Source: Myxococcota bacterium (GTDB taxonomy: Bacteria; Myxococcota_A; UBA9160; SZUA-336). Taken from it: a stretch of 64,000 bases of DNA. Positions 59,266-64,000 of this stretch are shown piece by piece (position 1 is the stretch's first letter; each line of letters opens with the position of its first letter). The notes under the pieces were generated by a model. It was not told the DNA's origin and searched no databases. It saw only the letters and a list, made by a program, of their open reading frames with translations. Position numbers and translations under genes: made by a program. The stretch covers positions 32,001 to 96,000 of the forward strand of contig CBDFGR010000002.1 of assembly GCA_965247115.1 (NCBI GenBank), read 5' to 3'.

Positions 59266-59460
59266 ATGTTCCCGGGCCCCACAGAGCTCATCATCATCTT
59301 GGTGATCGTGATTGTTATCTTCGGCGCCACCAGGCTGCCGCAGATTGGCGAAGGCCTCGGCAAGGGCATCCGAAACCTCCGCGTCGGCATAAAGGAGGCG
59401 CAGGAGATTGATGTCACGCCGACCGACGATCAGGAGGATGAGGCCGAGCCGAAGAGTTGA
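59266..59460 (+). CDS. tatA: Twin-arginine translocase subunit TatA/E
   Basis: [34 protein letters not shown] plus an acidic tail. Confidence 0.93.
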   Translation: MFPGPTELIIILVIVIVIFGATRLPQIGEGLGKGIRNLRVGIKEAQEIDVTPTDDQEDEAEPKS

Positions 59461-59556
59461 GCGAACAGTCCCTCGAAGTCGCCACCTTGTCACAAGCCCC
59501 ACCCTCGTGTAGATATGCGAGAGAGTCCGGCTACGAACCTGTTAGGGGGATCCGCC

Positions 59557-60501
59557 ATGGGTGCATCCATTGCGAGCTTCAGCCGAGACGACAAGGCAGC
59601 AGATGTAGCGGCGGCGCTTCGACGAGACGGAGTGGCCATCGTGCGAGAGCTGGTCGCGCCCGAGGTCATGGACGTGCTCACCGGGAAGCTGGCGCCCGAG
59701 CTCGAGGAGAAGGAGCCCGGAGGCGGTCCGAGCTTTGGCGGCCGGATGAAATCTACCTTCCGACTCTTTGCGCGCGGGAGCGAGTTCAGCGAGCAGATGC
59801 TGCTGAATCCGCTCTTGCTCGAGGTGACCGACGCCATCCTGCTTCCCGAGTACCCCATGGCCCCGTCCGCAGGGGCTCTGACGAGACCGCCGAAGCGGGA
59901 TTCCTCCGCTTCGGAGGACGTCATCCCGGAACTGGCGGTAACCAGGGATCCGATCCTGGGCCCCAACTGCCACCACTACCGGGTGAACGTCGGAGGCGCG
60001 CTGCAGGTCTGGGGAGGTGGAACGGCGCAGCCCCTGCACCGCGAGATGGATATCTACCGCCCCTTCCTGGAGCACAATCCCGAGCAGCCAGAATACATCG
60101 TGGCCATGAACTGGGCGGGCACCGACTTCACGCTCGACAACGGTGCCACCCGGCTGGTTCCGGGGAGCCACCGCTGGCCCCAGGGGCGCAAGGCGGAGGA
60201 GCACGAGGTGGCTCAGGCACTGATGCCCAAGGGCTCGGTCGTCTTCTGGCTGGGCAGCGTGCTGCACGGGCTCGGGGCGAGCCGAAGCGACGAGGCGCGC
60301 ACCGGGATCATCTTCACGATGGTCGTGAACTGGCTCGCCACGGAGGAGAACCAATACCTGGCGGTGCCGCCGGAGATCGCGCGGACCCTGACCGAGCGGG
60401 CGCAGCAGCTGCTCGGCTACCGGTCGAGCGCCACTCTTGGCTGGGTTCCCGGCCTCGACAGTGAAAACATGCTGGTCGTCGGCAAGAGCGGTCCGCCGTA
60501 G
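59557..60501 (+). CDS. Phytanoyl-CoA dioxygenase (PhyH) family enzyme, paralogue of 47705..48691
   Basis: QPLHRE, TDFTLDNGATRLVPGSHRW, MPKGS, LHGLG, EENQYL. Confidence 0.88.
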   Translation: MGASIASFSRDDKAADVAAALRRDGVAIVRELVAPEVMDVLTGKLAPELEEKEPGGGPSFGGRMKSTFRLFARGSEFSEQMLLNPLLLEVTDAILLPEYPMAPSAGALTRPPKRDSSASEDVIPELAVTRDPILGPNCHHYRVNVGGALQVWGGGTAQPLHREMDIYRPFLEHNPEQPEYIVAMNWAGTDFTLDNGATRLVPGSHRWPQGRKAEEHEVAQALMPKGSVVFWLGSVLHGLGASRSDEARTGIIFTMVVNWLATEENQYLAVPPEIARTLTERAQQLLGYRSSATLGWVPGLDSENMLVVGKSGPP

Positions 60502-60514
60502 CGGTCGCTCGGAT

Positions 60515-61336
60515 TCACTCGTCCCGGTAGTCGGGCTTCTTCGTGTCGGCCCAGGCCTGTACAGCCGCAGCAGCGTCCTTGGTCCGGGTCGCCAGGATCT
60601 GGTTGCGATTCTCGATGTGCAGAGCCGTCTCGAGCGACAGGCCACCCTGCACCTGGTCGATGACCTCCTTGGTGATGCGCAGCCCGAAAGGCGTCGAGAA
60701 CACAATCATCTCCTGCGCCAGGTCGAGCGCGGCGTCCAGTAGTCGCTCCCGCTCCACAATGCGACTCACCAGTCCGATCTCGCGCGCCTCCGTCGCGTCG
60801 ATCAGTCGGCCCGTGTACATGAGCTCGGCGGCCATGGCGGATCCCACCAGCTTGGGCAGGAAGTAGCTGCTGCCCATCTCGCCGCCACCGAGACCAATTC
60901 GCGTGAAGGCGCAATTGAAGCGGGCCTCTGGCGCGGCGATGCGCAGATCACAGGCCAAAGCGATCGAGAGTCCCCCACCCGCCGCCGCGCCGTTCACGGC
61001 CGCGATCAGAGGCTGCGCGATCTTCCGCATCTTGGCCACGAGCCCCGCGTAACCCTGCTGCATGCGGTATTGCATCTGCAGTGGGCCGAGGCCGTCTTCC
61101 CAGGGGCCGTTCTCGCCCGAAGCACCCGCCCTGAGGTCCGCGCCGGAGCAGAACCCGCGCCCTGCCCCCGTCACGATGACGACTCGCGTGTCGAGCTCTC
61201 CGCCGAGCTCATCGAATGCGCTATGGAGGTCGCGCAACAGCTGATACGAGAGGGCGTTCAGCCGTTCGGGCCGATCCAGGGTGACGACGGCGATGTGATC
61301 ACGAGGCCTCTCAATCCTGACGTATTTCAGTGTCAC
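60515..61336 (-). CDS. Enoyl-CoA hydratase/isomerase family protein
   Basis: LDRPERLNALS, GFCSGADL, AAGGGLSIALACD, GSSYFLPKLVG. Confidence 0.92.
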   Translation of the reverse strand: MTLKYVRIERPRDHIAVVTLDRPERLNALSYQLLRDLHSAFDELGGELDTRVVIVTGAGRGFCSGADLRAGASGENGPWEDGLGPLQMQYRMQQGYAGLVAKMRKIAQPLIAAVNGAAAGGGLSIALACDLRIAAPEARFNCAFTRIGLGGGEMGSSYFLPKLVGSAMAAELMYTGRLIDATEAREIGLVSRIVERERLLDAALDLAQEMIVFSTPFGLRITKEVIDQVQGGLSLETALHIENRNQILATRTKDAAAAVQAWADTKKPDYRDE

Positions 61337-61527
61337 CTTTTTGATCCTCGGCTTGGACTCGTTCGCGGTCGTCGTCTATCGTAACGACTCCCGATCTCCA
61401 GCCCGGGGGCCGCGCCGAGTGGACGCCCCCTCTGGACCAGTTTAGACTGGCCGACGGCTCCCTACATGGCCGCGTCACGACGACGATCTTCGCGGGCGAG
61501 CCGCAAACCAAGAAGGAGACCGAGAAG

Positions 61528-62025
61528 ATGAAGCACAGAACCACTCGCAGCGTGCACGCGTCGCAGCTCGCAATCGTGATGGCCGTCTCGCTCCTGGTCG
61601 GTGGGCCGGCGCCGGCCGCTGAGCCCGGCAGCGAGACACAGATGAAGGGGCTGGAGCAGCTCTATACCGATTTCGGAGTCTCCGCGGCGGTGCGCGCGGG
61701 CGACTTCCTCTACATCGGTGGCATCGTTGCCCTGGACGGCGACGGGGGCGTGATGGGTCCCTACGATGGCAAGAAGCAGTTCGAGGTCGTCTACGCGCGT
61801 ATCAATGAGCTGCTCAAGGCTCACGGGGCCACCGCGAAGAACGTCATCAGCGAGACCATGTACATCACCGGGTGGCAGTTCATAGCTGCGGGGGGCAACA
61901 TTCGCAGGGCCTTCTACGTCGACGCCAAGGCCGCCTTTCCGACGGCCGCCGGCGTCCAGGTCGTCGCGCTCGCAGATCCCGCGCTCGTCCTCGAGGTCGA
62001 GATCGTAGCCTACCTGGGCGATTAG
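61528..62025 (+). CDS. Rid family protein with predicted signal peptide
   Basis: Basic then hydrophobic N-terminus ending APAA; SAAVRAGDFLYIGG, FPTAAGVQVVALADPALVLEVEIVAY; AAGGAG RBS. Confidence 0.85.
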   Translation: MKHRTTRSVHASQLAIVMAVSLLVGGPAPAAEPGSETQMKGLEQLYTDFGVSAAVRAGDFLYIGGIVALDGDGGVMGPYDGKKQFEVVYARINELLKAHGATAKNVISETMYITGWQFIAAGGNIRRAFYVDAKAAFPTAAGVQVVALADPALVLEVEIVAYLGD

Positions 62026-62488
62026 GAGCCACGATCTCGAGCGCGCGGCGGGGGTTCGCAGAGACACCCTCGCGCTCAATCTGGCCAGTGATCGGTCGAT
62101 GGTGAGTGCCGTGTGCCGACGCCCGATGACGGAGATCAATCAGACTGCGCGATCACAAGTGCACAACCTCCGCTTTCAGGCCATACAAGATGAAGAGAAC
62201 CTCCTGCTTCTCCCTCTCGCCGATTCCGTTCTTGTCAAGCGCCGCCATTGCGTCATCGAGCGCCGCCACGAACTCCCCCTCATCGATGTTCATCCCCCTG
62301 TGCGCCGTCAACATGTCCTTCCCTTCGTAGACACTCGGACCACCAGAGCCGGTGATGAAGAACGTGGCAACCGCGTTCTTCACAGCTGGAACGTCACTGT
62401 CCGCGTAACGCGGAGAAATTCGGGGGTTGTCCAGATGGAACTCCACGATGTCGCTCGCGATTGCCGTGATGCCGTCGGTCCCACCTAG

Positions 62489-63763
62489 CAGGCTGCGGAG
62501 AAAGTGACTGGTTGAGGGGTGGTCCTTCCGACGAGGGGGTTCACCGGCCGAGGGGCGGGGCGCGATTCCCGGTTCGAACCGGTCTTGGGCTCCGCTGATC
62601 GCGGGGCGGTTTCACACATGACCTACGTGGCCTCCAGCAGCTTGCGGATCCGGATCAGGTTGTAGGCTGCGGCCGTGAAGGTGAAGACCCAGCCGACCCG
62701 ATCCGTGCCGCGGTGTCGGGTCTTGCGCATCAGCCCCACGGTCTTCATCCAGCCGAAGACCTCTTCCACCCGTTTGCGAAAACGCTGACTCAGTTCGTAG
62801 CCCCGGTGGCGCGTCGTCCGCCCGTCGATCGCGCTGCGTCGATTCGTCGTGTTCTGCGCCACGTGTGGGGTCACGCCCAACTCTCGAAGCTCTTCCACGA
62901 ACCCCTTCGTGTCGAAGCCCTTGTCTCCGCCCAATGTCCTCCGACGCCCGCCTCCCAGACCTTCCACCATCTCGAGCGCCGCTTCGCGCTCCGCATATCC
63001 CGACGCCTGCGTGAGCTTCGCCGCGACCACCAAGCCGTTCCGGTTCTCCGTCACCACGTGTCCCTGGTACGCGAGTCGGGCGCCTTGGCCTCTCATACCG
63101 GCGAGTCGTGCGTCGGGATCCGTCGTCGACGCATGCGTCTGGTTGCTCCGCTTCTCGCCTCGGAAGTTCACCGTCGGGTTGCCCGGGTCATCGTCGTCTC
63201 TCCGTTCCTCGTCCTTCCGTACGAAGCTCTTCTGGCTCGCCCACGCCTCGATCAGCGTCCCGTCTACCGTGAAGTGCTCCAACGACACCCATCCCTCGGT
63301 CTCGGCCTGCTCCAGCACTGCGTCGAAGAAGTGCTCGGCAATCTCGCCCTTGAGCAGCCGGTCTCGGTTCTTCGTGAACACCGTGGCGCTGAACACCACC
63401 TCGTCAAGCTCCAGACCCACGAACCAGCGATACAGCAGGTTGTACTCCAGCTGCTCCACCAGCTGCCGCTCGCTCCGGATGGTGTAGAGCACCTGCAGCA
63501 GCAGGGCGCGCAGCAGCTGCTCCGGGGGCACGGACGGGCGCCCTACGCCTCTGGCGTAGATCGCGTCGAAGCGCGGCGATAGCCGCTGCAGCGCCGTGTC
63601 GACCATGCGCCGCATCGCTCGAAGCGGATGATCATCCGGAATCCGCGACTCCAGCGACACGTAGCTGAACATCCCGCCCTGAAGCGTCCCCTGTCCTCTC
63701 ACGCCTCCCCCTTTGGGGCTCGCTCCCAAGGTACCCTTCGATGAGGAGTTTTTCAGCAGCCTG
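62489..63763 (-). mobile_element. IS5-type insertion sequence, 1275 bp, 15-bp imperfect terminal IRs, CTAG target duplication
   Basis: CTAG|CAGGCTGCGGAGAAA ... TTTTTCAGCAGCCTG|CTAG; CTAG at 62485-62488 and 63764-63767; encodes a DDE transposase. Confidence 0.93.
62623..63702 (-). CDS. IS5-family DDE transposase
   Basis: MFSYVSLESRIPDDHPLR, GRPSVPPEQLLRALLLQ, VDGTLIEAWAS, STTDPDARL, GGDKGFD, RKRVEEVFGW, AAYNL; GGAGG RBS before GTG 63702. Confidence 0.93.
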   Translation of the reverse strand: MRGQGTLQGGMFSYVSLESRIPDDHPLRAMRRMVDTALQRLSPRFDAIYARGVGRPSVPPEQLLRALLLQVLYTIRSERQLVEQLEYNLLYRWFVGLELDEVVFSATVFTKNRDRLLKGEIAEHFFDAVLEQAETEGWVSLEHFTVDGTLIEAWASQKSFVRKDEERRDDDDPGNPTVNFRGEKRSNQTHASTTDPDARLAGMRGQGARLAYQGHVVTENRNGLVVAAKLTQASGYAEREAALEMVEGLGGGRRRTLGGDKGFDTKGFVEELRELGVTPHVAQNTTNRRSAIDGRTTRHRGYELSQRFRKRVEEVFGWMKTVGLMRKTRHRGTDRVGWVFTFTAAAYNLIRIRKLLEAT

Positions 63764-63795
63764 CTAGGCGTTCATAGAGGCTGGACATGGAGCAC

Positions 63796-64000
63796 CTAGG
63801 CCTGTTCGATCCGAAGGAGTGACCCGAAGGTGGATGTCCGGTCGACTTCCAGAACTTCCGGTGAGTCGGCAGAGACGCCGACCTTGAGTCCTCGCTCTGC
63901 CAGGAGCTTTGCCGCGGTCCGGAGGTCGCGCGACTGCAGGACCAGGGCGAACATGCCCTCCCGGTTGTTGTCCAGGAAATCCAGGATGGATCTCGCGAAC
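63796..64000 (-). CDS. VOC family protein (methylmalonyl-CoA epimerase-like), 3' part
   Basis: FARSILDFLDNNREGMFALVLQSRDLRTAAKLLAERGLKV...TFGSLLRIEQA*; 5' end outside window. Confidence 0.6.
   Translation of the reverse strand, partial: FARSILDFLDNNREGMFALVLQSRDLRTAAKLLAERGLKVGVSADSPEVLEVDRTSTFGSLLRIEQA

Larger units (their letters stand above)
62153..63788 (-). pseudogene. Group 1 truncated haemoglobin gene interrupted by an IS (pieces 63788-63764 and 62484-62153; 118 aa when rejoined)
   Basis: Removing the IS and one CTAG gives MSSLYERLGGTDGITAIASDIVEFHLDNPRI...GGPSVYEGKDMLTAHRGMNI... Confidence 0.92.

Overview
High-GC bacterial DNA, almost entirely a mosaic of accessory catabolic genes with no core housekeeping operons. 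These include acyl-CoA dehydrogenases, enoyl-CoA hydratases, an Atu/Liu-like acyl-CoA carboxylase cluster, class III CoA-transferases, SDRs, F420/flavin enzymes, PhyH-type dioxygenases, a LigB-like dioxygenase, a Tat-exported SpdH-like flavoprotein with an SSS transporter, three Rid proteins and tatA. The left 8 kb is an integration/rearrangement hotspot. It holds a tRNA-fMet 3' fragment starting exactly at the anticodon loop (att scar), a possible tmRNA 3' scar, an SPFH gene, a small ORF coupled to a truncated SMC-like ATPase, and several short gene scraps. Four enzyme genes are broken by frameshifts or a stop. At the right end an intact IS5-type element (CTAG duplication, 15-bp IRs) splits a group 1 truncated haemoglobin gene that can be rebuilt exactly. 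The most intriguing candidate is a stand-alone DUF222-like/HNH nuclease gene bracketed by related CCGG-centred palindromes, possibly an undescribed palindrome-delimited mobile cassette. No CRISPR array, rRNA, intact tRNA or integrase was found. All family calls come from motif recognition by eye; no database search was run.
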